64,000 nucleotides of DNA from Psilocybe cubensis (lineage: Eukaryota). Location: contig CM039009.1 in NCBI GenBank assembly GCA_017499595.2, positions 1,488,001 through 1,552,000 of the forward strand, in the 5' to 3' direction. A program made the translations under genes and the position numbers. Every line of letters starts with the position of its first letter. Positions within the stretch are counted from its first letter, which is position 1. Below the pieces are notes generated by a model. That model was given only the letters and a program-made list of their open reading frames with translations. It made no database searches and had not been told where the DNA came from. This document shows positions 1-13,873 of this stretch, piece by piece.

Positions 1-861
1 GCGGCTTCGTCGTCTTCACATACTCCGCAAAGTCAGCGAGAACCTGTACGACATTCGGCTCGCGAGGTAGTGTCACCAGCTATATTCAAGTTTACATATA
101 TACATGTATTTGTATTGTGTTCGTTAGACGATAGTCGTTCGTAAGTTGCTAAGCTGCGCACCTGGTTGTTTTTTGTCACTGCTTCCCAGTCGTCTACTAG
201 TACGGATTTGAGAGCTTCTGGCACGTTGAGTTTCATGTCGATTTTTTTGTTGCTGTCATCCTGAGCATGAAAGAGGGCATCCAGTCAGTCACAGAACAAA
301 AAACGCAAGACGCCCCATAAAGAACCACAGAACCCTCCAAAGCCAAACTCCCACCCAAACCGCAAAAAAAAGCAGCACACTCACCTCCTCCCGCGCCCTC
401 TTCGTCCCGCGCGTCCCATCCTTCCTCGTCACTGCCCTCGTACTGACATTATCCTTACTCCCAGCACCACCACCAGCCGCCGACTTGTTCTGCGCCTTGG
501 AGGCCGTCGAGCCGCCGTGGATGTTGCCCGGGTTCGCCTGCTGCAGGCTCTTCTGCGTTGCGAGGTTCGCTTCGGTGAGCTTGAGGAGGCGGGTGGAGGG
601 TACCCATTCATCCCAGCTGTGGAGGGGGGTGTTAAGAAAGCCTAAAAACCGAAAAAAAGTAAAACACACGTACGTCTGCTTCCACCCTTTATAATGTACC
701 AAATAATGCGGGCCCGCAACGCCCGTGGTAGGACTAGGCGAGGCCGCGTCGAAAGTTTTCGTTTTGAGGACTTTGGCTTCGTAGATGAGCGGGCCGTGGT
801 AGCACAGCACGCGCTCTTGGGCGTTGAAGATGGGTTGGGCGGTGGAGGATGTCGTGGACAT
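1..861 (-). CDS. EAF3: MRG-family chromodomain protein Eaf3/MRG15 (NuA4/Rpd3S subunit); 3' end runs off the window
   Basis: Spliced translation MSTTSSTAQPIFNAQERVLCYHGPLIYEAKVLK...HYLVHYKGWKQT/WDEWVP (chromo-barrel), then MKLNVPEALKSVLVDDWEAVTKNNQ (start of the MRG domain). Confidence 0.93.
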
Positions 862-2351
862 GGTGGTGGTGAAGGTGAGTGAGGAAGGTGAGTGATTCAG
901 AGATGCCGTCACGGTGCGGGTCGGCGGTCACGTAGTCGGGTCGGACGGCGGTTCGCTGCTCGCTGCTCGCTGCTCGATGCTCGATGCTCGACGGATTCCG
1001 GTCACTGTTCGATGCTCGACGTCCGGTGTCCAATCTTCAATATAATCTTCAGCTTCAACGTCCAGCCGTAGTTATAGTCGCAGTCGTAGACAGCTTGATT
1101 TACAATCACAACCAGAAACGCTCCTTGTCAGACCTTGTTTCCCTTTGCCCAAAAACGAAAAACACAAAAAAATTGAGTTGGCGAGAGAGAGAGAGAGAGA
1201 CGCGAAGATGAAAGACCCGTCGGTCGAAAACCTTCTGTGGCGTGGAACAAATAAATTGTCGCGCGGGTTTACGTTTTTGTGTGTCACCGTTGAAAGGACT
1301 TTTTGATGATTTGCGCCTTTGTTTTACTAACGTCGCGTTGCGTTGCGTATGTGTAGTATGGCGTTTTATCTGTGCAAGTGTGTGGGTGATTAATGGCAGT
1401 CCGAGTCAACGAATGCAAGGGTTGTTAGTGGCAGAACTCTGCTGTATTCTGGTGGTATTCCGCCAACCAGGTGTTCGGGAGTGTCCCGGCGGAGAACGAA
1501 ACAGAGTCATCGAAGTACAAATTCGTGGGAGATATATTCTTTAACCTCCACTTCATTGAAGATCATCACAGACAATTGTGATGAACGTCGGTATGCTTTT
1601 GGGTACGCCCTCTTCCTGAATCCTAAAATACTTACTCATATTGGGAAAAATCAACTCCGCAGCGCGAAAGGGCTGAAAACTGGAGCCGGCAAATTGGGAC
1701 TTGTCTGACATTCCTTAAAATTTCTATGCATAACCAGCTTCATCACCGTTATTCTTACATGTAAGTGACTTGATATGTACTTCCTGATTTTATTCTTGAA
1801 ATCAGTTGATATAGCTGCACGGCCCTTCCCATACCTTCCTACCTCAGATTACACCCCAGCGTTTAAACCCGCCAGTTCATTGAGAAAATGTGACCGTGGA
1901 CTGGCATCAGGCGCGCATCATCATGATTATCTGCCAACCGTATTTTCTTCAAAATTAACATATACTATGGCTCTCGATGAAAGGACACGGTACTTCTCCA
2001 ATTATGACAGGCAAAGCCACTTCGCGTTGTCATTTCCACACGCCCCACCACATCCTGGTTAGCCCTTGCTATACCATTCGAGGTGATCTGACATGATAGC
2101 ACCTACCACCCTTCATCATCGATCCGTTTTCTTGTCCGATTAAACACTCCTAGCATCATCTAGGTTTGATAAAAACCCATACTTTTATTTCCGTGCACTG
2201 ATGATATCTCTATAAACGCCCACGGCGTGTGTACGAAGTACCTGAAAATGGCTTTCTTCCTTTACAAATTCGGGACGGCCATATCGCATAAAACTATCCG
2301 AACAGGAGATATCGATTGCTCTGAAATCATCTCTGCATAGTGGTTTTAGCC

Positions 2352-4130
2352 ATGTCCATCCCTGCAGGCGCCATTTCCAACCCAGAGGCAGTCATACAAG
2401 CGTATATCCAACTTGCGTCTATAAATCATAGAGTCAATTTCAATGCAGGTACACGCCTATGAGTCCATATAAGAAGTTTGATTTTGCATACTCATCTATT
2501 ATCTGAGATTAGTGGCGAGCTTGACATGGCTTGTTTATGATATTATAACCTGCTTTGATCAGGAGGTCAGTAACGAGTCGCATCGCTGGTAGAGTCATGG
2601 ATCATTGGCAGTCGACTCACCTGGAACTGCAATGTGATATAGGTTGAACTTGTATGGAAAACACGATGGACAGTGCCCAAGGTGCTGTACGTCTCATTGA
2701 GATATTACGCACCTCTTTGGTTGATGTGAGCATTTTCGTCAGTTTTACTACCATTTCGTATTTACCCATGTTGCTTGGCGTAGGTACCAGAACATAATTC
2801 ACCGTACGCTATACTTCTCTTGATGACGACCAATACAGTGGTTTTGACATTAATGTACAATGTACCAGTCACCCATGGAAACAAGCTTTCAGCTCTCGTG
2901 AGGGTGATTTCCATTTTCGCTATGACGAATTCTCACTCGATATCACACAGTCTTGCACGAGCTTTCCTCCGCTGCAAGCTATAGGCCCAGTCGTACTGTG
3001 GATTCTCGTAGACATACTCATGATCCTTCGCATACGCGCTCTCTACAGGGCTCAAAAATCCGGTAACGCCGCCCCCACAGCTCCATTCAAAGCGCCCAAC
3101 TGATGCGTCTTTTTACCAGTTGGTGTTACAGTAATATTCATCTGGCTCGTCGCAGCCTGTGTTCGTCCTATTCCATTTCGGCTTTCAAATAACCTTCACT
3201 GAAATTAACTGTCTTCTAAACAAACCCCTTTTAAAATACAGGTTGTCATCCCTGTTACCGTGTACTGCTTCCGCCTCTCCAGACCTGTTCCGGCGCCCCC
3301 ACCATTTGACGCGATTGCTGGCTGTGTGGTGCCCTCCATCAACTTCAAAAAGATAGGAATGATCAAGATAGCCGTGTATGTAGAGTACCCCTTTCCCTCC
3401 TTCCTTTCATATGCACGTCACGTTTGTTCTGACATGAAATACCTTTTCGACAAGGATCGGCTTTATGATTGTGAACATGATGTATCTCGGTCTAACCCTG
3501 TACAAATTCGTGGAGAGCGTACGGGAACTTAGATCACTTCAGATCGGATCCATGTTCTCGTTTTTTGTCGGCGAGGGAGTGGCATATTTTGTTGGATGTA
3601 TAGGTACACTATAGTTTTTTTCCTAACTGTCTCGCAAATCGTCTTATCACAGTATGAATCAATTTAATACAGCTATCAACGCTGCGGACCTGGTGGTATC
3701 ATGTGGCGGGCCCAGCACATTCCCCTACGTTGATTTGCTGCAGTTCTGGCTCGGCGCTTTCTACAGCTACGCCGTACGTCTCTTTCACTGAATAATCCCA
3801 GTAATACGTCCAGGCTCACTCAAAGTTCTCTCTCTTTTTTGGTTGCGTTAGGGATGTCATCTCATTTTACACCTGCGCAGTGCTAGCAGCTCTCTAACAT
3901 CACTCACGAGCTTCGCGGACTGCGCGGATCTTGAGGTCAGATACCCAGCAAAAGGGAAAGATTCAGAGTCGCCGTTGAATGACGATACCTGTACTATGAT
4001 CTCTCTTTCCGCCCGATATGGTGACGCTTTGCACAATAGTACAATGGGGGCCGAGTCCGACATCGTTCAAGCAAGTCGCACGAGCGAAAACGACGAGTCG
4101 AGTAGCCAGCATATTTCAACCGCTGTTTAA
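2352..4130 (+). CDS. Multi-exon fungal multi-pass membrane protein, DUF6533-type
   Basis: ATG at 2352; exons read VASLTWLVYDIITCFDQE / VELVWKTRWTVPKVLYVSLRYY (family hallmark); last exon GCHLILHLRSA...TAV* ends at TAA 4128-4130. Internal exon boundaries only partly traced. Confidence 0.75.
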
Positions 4131-4529
4131 AGAAGATAATAGTCAGATTTAAACCAAAACCCCATTACTGATCGTAGGCATGGGTAAATTAGGTATGTTG
4201 TTGACGATGTTTTTCTGCGCGGCAGAATCCGAGTTGTACATACGTTTTGTTAGATTTTCTTTTATCCAAGTCGTCGATATTTAGCTTCGAAAATAAAAAT
4301 TCAAGTATTGAGACACTGTATCTACATGTTTATCAACTTTATGTTATATCTCGAATAGAAAAGCTATAAAGGAAATGTATAACAGAGCGGCTGTGTGAGT
4401 GTCTCAGCCACTCGTCAGGGAGGATTTTTTAGATGTTCGGGTCGCCTCCCGCGATATTCTACAAAATCGACATTTGATATGTTGTGTACTGGTGGGTGTG
4501 TTTGTGGTATTATTACAAGACATACATAC

Positions 4530-7520
4530 AAACATAAAAAAAAATCATACAAACATAATCCTCGCAAAAAGCGCATGTAGAAAAAAAAACGCTTTAGAAG
4601 AAATAAACAAAAAACGCAACAGAAGAAAGTTAAAAAAAAAGTGACAAAAAAAGCATGTAAGAAGTATGTAAGAAGCACGTAAGAAGTAGAATATAAAATG
4701 TAGAATGTAGAAAGAAGGAAGGTAGAAGGAATCCTGTGGTTATGCTCGATGCTCGATGTTCGGTGTGGGTGGATGATGGATGATGGCAAAACGCAAAAAA
4801 TCCAATAACAGAATCCAATGCAATGCAAAAGACAATATGCAAAATCCAATGCAAGAAGCCAATGCCGAAAATCCAATGCAAAAAAAGCCAATGCAAAAAG
4901 CCAATGCAAAAAGCCAAAAAGACCACGCAAAACCTCCGAGCCAAAAAAAAATTTCATTAGACAAAAAACCAGATAAAAAGAAAAAGAAAAATAGAAGATA
5001 TTACGACACAAAAGATAAAAGACCAAGGACAAAAAGACAAAAGAGAAAAAGAGAGAAAAAGAAAGAGAAGAAAGAAAGCAATCAAGAAAGCAACGTGCAA
5101 AGCGAGAGAAAGCGGGTGTTGGTGTTGGGGTTTTTATGTGCAGATATAGAACGTGAAACGTAGAACTTAGAATGTGAATGTGAATGTGAATGTGAATGTA
5201 GGATGGAGAGATATAGGATGTAGGATGTAGGATGGAGGATGGAGGATATAGGATGGAGGATGGAGAGATGGAGGATGTGGATGTAGGATGGAGGATGGAG
5301 AGATGTAGAATCATTTTTTGTTGTGTTGATGTTTTGTTAATGGTGATGGTGATGTGCGAATACGTGGATGTGGAATGTGCATGTGGGATGTGGGATGTGG
5401 GCAGTGCATGGGATATGGAATGTGAGATGGGGGATGTGGGATATGGGATATGATGTGGGCAGTGCGTGAAGGCATGTGGGATGTGGATGTGCAAGGGTGG
5501 TGCGTGAGTGGAATGTTAATGTGCGATACGGGGTGTGGATGTGCGATACGGGGTGTGGATGTGCAAAGTGTGGATGTGCAAAGTGTGGATGTGCAAGTGT
5601 GGATGTGGATGTGAAAGTGGATGTGGAAGTGGGCGTGGATATGGAAATGGATGTGAACAGGATGTAGTATGAAAGTGCAAGTGCAAGTTGTAGATGCGAA
5701 CGTGGATGTGAACGTGAACGTGAACGTGAAAAGTCCAAGTTCAAGTGCGAGTGCGAGTGCGAGTGCATGAAAGTTAAGTGGAAAAGTGGATGTTCAAGCG
5801 CGCAAGCGTAGGTAGTGACGTAGCAGATGCCCAAGCAGAATCAGAAGCAGGCGACGGTACCGATGGCGATGTGTATGCGGATGCGCGTGGGTGGATGCCG
5901 ATGCGAATGTGTGACCAAACGTAAAAATGCAGAAAGAATGCAGGGGAGGTGCGTATAGAAGCGAGCAAGCCTGGATGAGTGGATGCGTGGATAAAAGGGA
6001 TGCGTGGATAAAATGCATAAATGCGGGATGTAGGTGCAGGTGTAGGCGCAGATGCACCGTGTAGACTGGGCATGGATATAACTGTGTAGGACGAAGCAAG
6101 CAACCAAGCACAGAGCAAAAGAGCAAAAAGCAAAGTAACTCCAAACCCCAAATTCTAAAAATTCCTCGAGAGTCAAAAAGAATCTACATCCTAAACTTGA
6201 AAAAAAAATTGGTCAGCATCAGTATCAGCATCTACACTCCACCATCCCAAACGCAAAACCCAAAGAAGAAAAGAAAAAGAAAAGGGAAAAAAAGAAAAGA
6301 AAAAGAAAAAGAAAAGGGAAAAAAAAAGAAGAAAAAAGAAGAAAAAAAAACTCACCAAAAAGTAAACCGACGAGTCAGACCGTCCTTTGTCCTGAATCGA
6401 GCCAGACCGTCCTTTGTCCTGAACTGAGTCCTGAACCGAGTCCTGAATCGAGTCCTAAGTCGAGTCCTGAACCGAGTCCTGAATCGAGTCCTCATCCTCG
6501 CCTCCTCCAGGTCCTCATAGGCCCCAAACTCCTGAAAGCCCCAACTCCAAACTGACGCCCATAAAACTCCAAAAACTCCAAAAACTCCCAATTCCAAGAC
6601 TCCAAGACTCCAAAACTCCCAATTCCAAAGTTCCCAAAACTCGTAATCGAATGCGTCATGTCGAATCCGTCGTGTCGAATGCTTCATGTTGAAAGCTTTA
6701 TATCGAATGTTTCATATCGAATGCTTCATATTGAACTCTTCACGCCGAGTCCATCGTATCGAGTCCATCATGTTGAACCCATCATGTTGAACTCTTCACG
6801 CTGAGTCCATCGCATCGACTCCATCGCATCGAGTCATCGCATCGAGTTCATCGCATCGACTCCATCGCATCGAGTCATCGCATCGACTCCATCGCATCGA
6901 CTCCATCGTACCGAGTATCAAAGTGGGATATGCAAATTTGCAAATTTGCGTGTTCGTCATCAGCATCATCAGCATCAGGGCGCAGTGGCATCCGCCTTGA
7001 GACTTGGAACTTGGGACTTGAGACTTGAAACTTGGGACTTGGGGGTACGGGGTAGAAAATCGGAAGACGACGTCGACGCGACCAACGACGCGACCAACGA
7101 AATGAACATGACCAACAACGCAGCCAACAACATAACCAACGACGTGGCCAATAAACCCGACCAACGACACACCCAACAACAACGACATAGACATAGAAGT
7201 GGATATGACCAACAACCAAAGAACTCCCGACTTCGACTTCCGACTTTGCCCTCGATGATCGATGATAGGACGATCGATTGATCGATGGTAGGTCATAGTC
7301 ATGGTCATAGTCCCAGTCGTACGTCATAGTCATCGCAGTCGCTATCGCTGTGGTTGTCTTGTCGTTGTTGTCGTTGTTGTAAACACGGCCCATATATGAA
7401 GCAAGAAGCGAGTCAAAGGAGAGGAGGGAGGAAGAGGAGGGGGAGGGCTATCCTCTCACACACACACGCACACGCACGGACATCCACATATCCACACGCA
7501 CACGCACACGCACGAGCCAC
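4530..7520. repeat. ~3 kb mosaic of degenerate microsatellites and minisatellites downstream of the CK1 gene
   Basis: Successive short units: AATGCAAAAAGCC, TGTGAA, GGATGGA, GTGGAT, GAACGT, GAGTGC, A-rich tracts, GAGTCCTGAA(T/C)C, AAAACTCC, CATCGCATCGACTC, GGGACTT, CACACG. The ORFs here are low-complexity artefacts. Confidence 0.8.
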
Positions 7521-7521
7521 T

Positions 7522-8985
7522 CTACCTCCTCCGCGCATTACACGCCTCACAATACCTCCTCCCCCCCGCACCCGTACCCCTCCCATGCGTCTCTCCCTTC
7601 CCCTCTCTCTCAGCCTCCGCTTTCCCCTCCTCCCCTCCTCCCCCCTCCTTCCCCTCCCCAGGGCCCTTAACACTCCAATCAAAAACCCCATCATAATCCA
7701 CACCCACCCTCCCCGCCAACCCCCTAAAAAGCGCCCTCAACCCCTCATAATCCGGCAAATCATCAAACTCCAACCCCCGCGCATACCTATACAGCACATC
7801 AAACTCCGGCGGCAATCCCGCCGTCAATGTCGGCTCGTGTGCGATTTTCGCGTCGCGGATGAGGTCCCAGGTCGCGGAGACGGGGTTGTAGGTGTTTTGG
7901 TGCTGGTTTTGGAGGGCGGCGGCGCCGGAGGGGGTGAGGGAGGGAGAGGAGGGGAGGGAGAGGGGGGGAGGGGTGGTTGGTGCGCGGAGTTTGCGCCAGG
8001 GTAGGGTGCCGCGCAGGAAGTAGATGAGCATGTATGCGAGTGACTCGAGGTCGTCGCGCCGTGATGATTCTGTATACAAAAGTCAGTTTATTATTCCATC
8101 CACCAAAAGACATACCAAATCAAAATATAAAAAAAATCTCCCCAAAAAAACTCCCCCAAAAAAGACCAAAGAAAAAAAAAAAGCAAACGCAACGCACCAA
8201 CACCCAAATGCGTATTGATCGCCGCAAAAAGCGACGTCCCAACCCCATGCACATCGTCCTGCTTGTACGGGATATGCGCCGATGTGCGCGCGTCGCGGAA
8301 GCGCTTGGCGAGGCCGAAATCGATGACGTTGACCATGTGCGCCGCTTTGCCTGTGCCCATGACGAAGTTGGCTGGTTTGATGTCGCGGTGGACGATGGAG
8401 TTTGTGTGGATGAATTCGATGCGGGATATCTGGGAACCGGGGGGTTAGTTGAGGTGTCCGAAAGAGGTTGAGCGCGGGGTGGTACGCGCCACAAAATAAA
8501 AGTACGAAAAAAATACACAAAAAAAAGAACATCCACACACCAACTGATCCGCCAAAAGCAACACAGTCTTCAACGAAAAATGCCTATTACACCTCTTAAA
8601 CAAATCCTCCAAGGACGGTCCCAAAAGATCAATAATCATAACATTATAATCGCCCTGGCGGCCGGACCACATGATCCAGGGGATGCCTGTGCCGCCCATG
8701 AGCGTTTTGTAGAGCTTGGATTCCTGCTTGAGGGGCGTGTTGCGGGTGCTGCTGGGGGTGGAGCCGGGGGTGGTGGCGGGCTCGAGTTTGATGGCTACTT
8801 CTTTGCCGGCGACGGTGTGCACGCCGAGGAAGACTGTCCCTGTGGGATGGGTTAGTTTGATGGGAAGGGGATGGGGAAGAGGGGGAGGGGAAAGAGGGAG
8901 GGAAGAGGAAGGCTGACTAACCACATCCGCCGTTCGCGATTTCCTCCTCGAGACGGTATTTCCCAGCAAAAGTCGTATAGTCCAT
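7522..8985 (-). CDS. Casein kinase 1 family protein kinase (divergent paralog)
   Basis: [27 protein letters not shown]...VAIKLE...[31 protein letters not shown]...HRDIKPANF...IDFGLAK...[23 protein letters not shown]; exons joined by GT-AG introns. Confidence 0.92.
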
Positions 8986-10292
8986 GGCTCACACTCCGCT
9001 ATGGCTATGGCTATCGTGCTGGTGCTGGACGGTGGCAAAGGTGGTGGCTGGCGGTGGTGGCTGGTGTGTGAGAAGCGATATGCCGGCACGATAGGTCAAA
9101 TCGACAATAAAGGGGCGTGGCGTGGTGGGCACGAAGGAAAAGAAAAACAAGACACGGAAAATATCAACCACGAGGCTGCCCAACAAACGCGTGTCTTTGT
9201 CAGCCTGCCGGCTTCTCGGCGTCCTTCACTGTGGCACTCTAATCTTGAAACAGAGATGCTGGCTGGGTTTTAAACTCGACGAGTGATGAGTGCAGTGCTA
9301 GTGAGCTATCGATATCCAAGTCTGGCCTGCTCACATCGTATGCAGCGCAAGATGCCCTTCACCGGTCACCGCTGAGCTTCAACTTTGTCAGACAGCCGCA
9401 TTCCGAGTCGCCCCGTCTCCTGTCATGGACCTACTACTGCTACACCAGTGTCACAGGTGCACTGGCAGGCTCGATTCCGTCTGGTACCCATCACATTTAC
9501 AATGTACATCCTACGCAGCGAACCTGCCAAGTCGATGTGCCTCAGGTCTCCTCAGGTTATATTAGACCGTACCGTAACCCCCCATGCGGGGTGCCTGGAC
9601 CGGCTACACTCATCTCATCCAGGGTCATCCCCTGAACATAAATCCCAGTCCCATCTCGTCTCGTCTCACGATGCAGGGAAACAAGACCGTCCCTCCCGAG
9701 CAGTACAAGACTACTACTAATCAGATACATAAACTTGAAACCTAGAATTTCGCCGACACGACTACTTTAAGTTTCAATTCTCAAAGATCCCATATCTATT
9801 ATCACTCAAATTCCCCTCGTAAAAAATGAAAATTTTCAAGTTAATATAATATACTTAATGTCAATGGTAACCAGGAATTCAGAAAGCCGTTGAGCGTATG
9901 CATACCTACACAGATCACACCTACCCAGATATCAGCCTGGAGTCAAGACCAATGCAATTACGCTTATCCTTCCAGAAAGAAAAAAGTACTTGGAGAAATG
10001 AGAAAGTACTTCGAGAGAGGAAAAAGAATGAGGCAATGATCATGAGGCACGGTAAAAGCGATCGCGAGTTAAAACCAGAGGTTCTATGAGCACTACAAAA
10101 ATTTAAAGGTGGGAGTATCAAACACGATATCTCATATCCTACCCACACACAACACAACACAACGCAGAAACATAAGCGTAAGCCTATTTGCGCACGTTAA
10201 AAAAACGCAGGTGTATACTAAAAAACCGCAGGTTACCCATCCGCACATCCCCACCCCCATCCCCATCCCCATCCACACCAATACAAACCAAC

Positions 10293-12182
10293 TCAAACAC
10301 CCTCCAACCAACCATCCTCCAACAACTCCCTCGCACTCGATCTCTCCCCCGGATTCAACTGCATACATCTTCGTAGGAACGATATTGTCTTCTTCACCTC
10401 TGCGTCGTCGAGCGGCATGGGGGTACCACCCGATTCTGATTCGGTTTGGGATTGCAAAGCGAGTTTCTGGATGAGTGCGTCTAATGTTAAAACTTCACGA
10501 TCTTCGCCAGGGCTGAATGTTTTCCAAGAACCTACAAGACGAGTCATGAAGGTTTCAATCAGAATCAGGAAAACTCCCAGCTAGATAATCCACCCAAAGC
10601 CAGAAAAAAATAAAAAATAAAAAAAAGGCTTACCATCCCCGTTGAAAAACTCATCGCGCCGGGTACACCCCCGCAAAAAGTCATCACCGAATTTAACATC
10701 CAGAATCTCCGTCATGAGAGCGAGAAGCTCTGTCTCTCTGTCCCACGGCTCGTTCCACTCGCGCGGGCTGGGGATATCGAATAGCACGAACCCAAAAATC
10801 CATTCGGCTATCTGGATAAATTTAAAGGTGAGCGTTGTGTTGTGTTGTTTATTTCAGGGTTAAAGGTTCGGGATTAGAGGTTCGGGATTAAAGGGTTCAA
10901 GGTCAAAGATCAAAGGTTCAAGGTCAATTCGCAAGTCCATACAAATACAACTCACAATGCATCCTAGATTCCAGATATCGGCTGATGGGCCCCATGGATA
11001 GCCCAATACAACTTCGGGCGCTTGGAGCGCGAACGGCTGGATCTGTTCTTGAAAATGGCGGTCGACCCAGTGAGCTAATTAATGGATATGGATGCAACCC
11101 AGTCAGCTATTGATTTCGGTGTAGTAAAAACCCAAAAATAAAACCCAAAACAAAAACACAAAAACCCCAAAAAAAACTCAAAAAAAAAAAAACAAAACAC
11201 AAAAAAACAGAAAAAAGAACGCACAATGTCCAAAGTCAACAAGAACCACGTCCATTTCTTCAGGGTGCAGCGGCCACGCTGTGTTGCGGCCCAGAGAGAT
11301 TGGTTGGGATTTGACTGGGATGGCGGGGGGAGAGGCGATGGAGATCATGCTGGCTGATCCGTAGTGGCATGAAGGGTCGTCCACTAGCGCCTCGGCGACG
11401 CGCGCTGGGACGTCCTTTGGGCGTAGGACTATGTTATCGTGTTTGATGTCTAGATCCAAGTCAAGTCCAGTTACGTGGGAATTGATTGATGAGAGGGGGG
11501 GGGGGGGGGAAGGGGAAAGGGAAAAGGCACACACCGGCGTGAACGATCCCACACACTTCGTGGAGGTACCACAGCGCTTGGAGGACATGCTTCGTCAAGC
11601 GCTTAACCTGCCCAATCGGGATGCGCGCGCACGGAGCAGCAGTATACGGATCCGGCCCCGCGGCGGTGCGGTAGTCCGCGATACTGGGCGCGAGCACCTC
11701 CGTCACCACGCACAGGTGCACGCCGAGCCGGCTGGACACTTCGAACGACCCGTGGAACGCCGCGAGATGCGCGTGGCCCGCGTGCTGTGCGTCCGCTGTG
11801 GAGATTTTTTCGAGCATCCGCAGCTCGTCGGAGCGCTGGCGCGCGCCCGGGGCGGTGAGCGCGTCGGTGCCTTCGCGGGTGAGGATTTTGAGCGCGACGA
11901 AGGTGTCGTCTCTGTGTTTTTGAAATGAAAAAAAGTAAAGGCAGCAGTGTGAATTGGAGGTGGGTGGGATGGAGATGGTATTGGTATTGGTCACCTTTGA
12001 TCTTTGGCTAGCCAGACGTTGGAGTATCGGCCCCAGCCGAGCTTGCGGACGACGATGAAGCGGCCGTTGTCGGGCAGCGATCCGCCGAGGAGTAAGGGGA
12101 AGTACCCTGGAATATCGTCGCCCTCTTGACGGAGGTCTTCCTCTGGGAAGGCTGGGATACGGGGGGAATCCGGTGGAGACAT
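10293..12182 (-). CDS. SRPK-like (CMGC) protein kinase, copy A
   Basis: PGYFP...RKLGWGRYSNVWLAKD, VALKILT, HADIKHDNI, LVDFGH, IQPFALQAPEV, ADIWNLGC, LNPGERSSARELLEDGWL*. Confidence 0.9.
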
Positions 12183-13766
12183 GGTCGAGTGGGTTCGAAT
12201 TCGGCGCGGGGTTAACTTCAAGTCACGATCGCGAAGGTCTGGAGCCGGTTGGGGCGCGGCACTGACACTGACACTGACGGTAGGCGTCGTTCGCAAGGAG
12301 GATGTGTAGCGGGTCTTCAGAGGATTCAGAGAGGATGTGTTGCGGGGTATACGTGTCAATTGGGATATCCAACTGATTGGGCGGTACTTCATGCACGTCT
12401 TTCGTCGCCCACAGTACCACCTGAAGCTCGACCAGTGCTGAGTGGAGCCAGCAAACTTTGTTATAGGAATAGGGGGACGATTTCGATTAAGCTTTAAATT
12501 TAACCGGAGACCTATTGTCCTTGATGCCAGGAGAAGAGTCCGAACGTGAGAGTCGTCGGTCACCGATCAAGCTTCGCTCGACGGCATTGTCGTGGCGCAC
12601 GGACCGTCTGCTATCAAGAACCCTGGAGGCAGCCAATCGAAGCTGACCACCACCACCACAAGGTTGACACAAAGGGGCAAGAAGACGAATTTACTCTCAC
12701 ATTCATAAAGGTTCTTATCAGGACGAGGTGTTCACTGGTTCAGGTGTAAGTGGGTGCGCGGCGAAGACAGTATCAGTAGAAACTGTCGCAACACAGCCAC
12801 ATGTGCACACTGTTGCATTCAATTCATGCTCGACTACAGGCGTTGTGGATCGTTGAGGCTCAATTTTAATTGATTCACAAAATTGTGTTTGCGGTAATGT
12901 ATACATATTGTCAAGTAACACTGAGTCTTTTCTTTTCACAGATTGAGCAAAAATAATGCATGGGGAATCTCTCCCTATTTCTACATTTTTTTAATTGGTC
13001 ACTTCCTGTTTGGGATACCCACCCCTATGAACGGAAAGCCTTTGGAAGCGCAAACGAACCGGAGGGTGACTACTACCGGCTTCCAAACTGGGGGAGTCGA
13101 TAATTAGCTGAATCATAAAGCTAAGTATCCCTGGCTCATGTTAGTCCATATTCATTTGAGTAAGGTCCTGGTAAGGTCTATGCCGCAGACATGCAGTCTC
13201 CGCCGAGTCCATCAAGCAGAGACGAGTCTGAATGCTTTCACAAAGATATGGAGGCAGTAGGATGTATGAGTTGACAAGAATATCCTCCATATATCACGTT
13301 GGCATAAGGTGAATCTATATCCGTGAGCTCATCATACGCCACTGTGTTCTTCCTTCCCTTTGAAATTTTCTCAGAACCAGCGGTTTGTGTAATTGCCTGA
13401 AGGGGCTATTTAAAGGTCCCGATTAAGCCTTTTCCTTACCATTTCTGACCTTTGCCTGGACCAACTTTTACCATTGTGTGCGTGTGCGCTCCATTGCACT
13501 CTCTGTAGTAAGACCCAAGCAAATCCGTAATTCTTCCAGCACGGACAGCTGTAAACTCAGTGTCTACAGTAACGAGCTATTTTGGGCTTTGAAAGGTGTT
13601 TTCTCAGAGCTTCCCACCGTTCTATGTTCCCTTCGTATTCTGGGTTTGACAGGATGGACGGAATAGGACGGTAGGGTTTTATGTAGTTCCGCTTCTCACC
13701 TGTTACGCGTATGAAAGCTTAGACAAACTGAATAAACTTCAAGCATAAAACTTGGGTGCATCCAAG

Positions 13767-13773
13767 TATATAA
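13767..13773 (+). promoter_or_regulatory. Probable TATA box of the 80-aa orphan gene
   Basis: TATATAA about 100 nt upstream of the ATG at 13874. Confidence 0.5.
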
Positions 13774-13873
13774 GATACCTCAAGCAAATAACAACCTTCA
13801 AGCTTTGATATTTTGGCTCCCCGTCAGCCCGGTACACTCACAGCCGAATTACCTTTGCTTTATTTTCTCGACA

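Noticed and set aside
6365-6495. 12-bp iterated GAGTCCTGAA(T/C)C resembling a CRISPR or iteron array
   Set aside because: No unique spacers, eukaryotic context and no cas genes; an ordinary minisatellite.
4415-7393. Long ORFs (359 aa and others) in the repeat mosaic
   Set aside because: Translations are dipeptide or low-complexity runs (HI, RT, VG) produced by microsatellites; no domain or convincing gene structure.
9283-9375. Possible box C/D snoRNA (GTGATGA ... CTGA, ~93 nt)
   Set aside because: No convincing terminal stem or C'/D' boxes, and no rRNA target could be verified by eye; would need snoscan or Infernal.
12190-12215. GGTTCGAAT resembling a tRNA T-loop
   Set aside because: No cloverleaf or D-arm; it lies just upstream of the kinase start codon.
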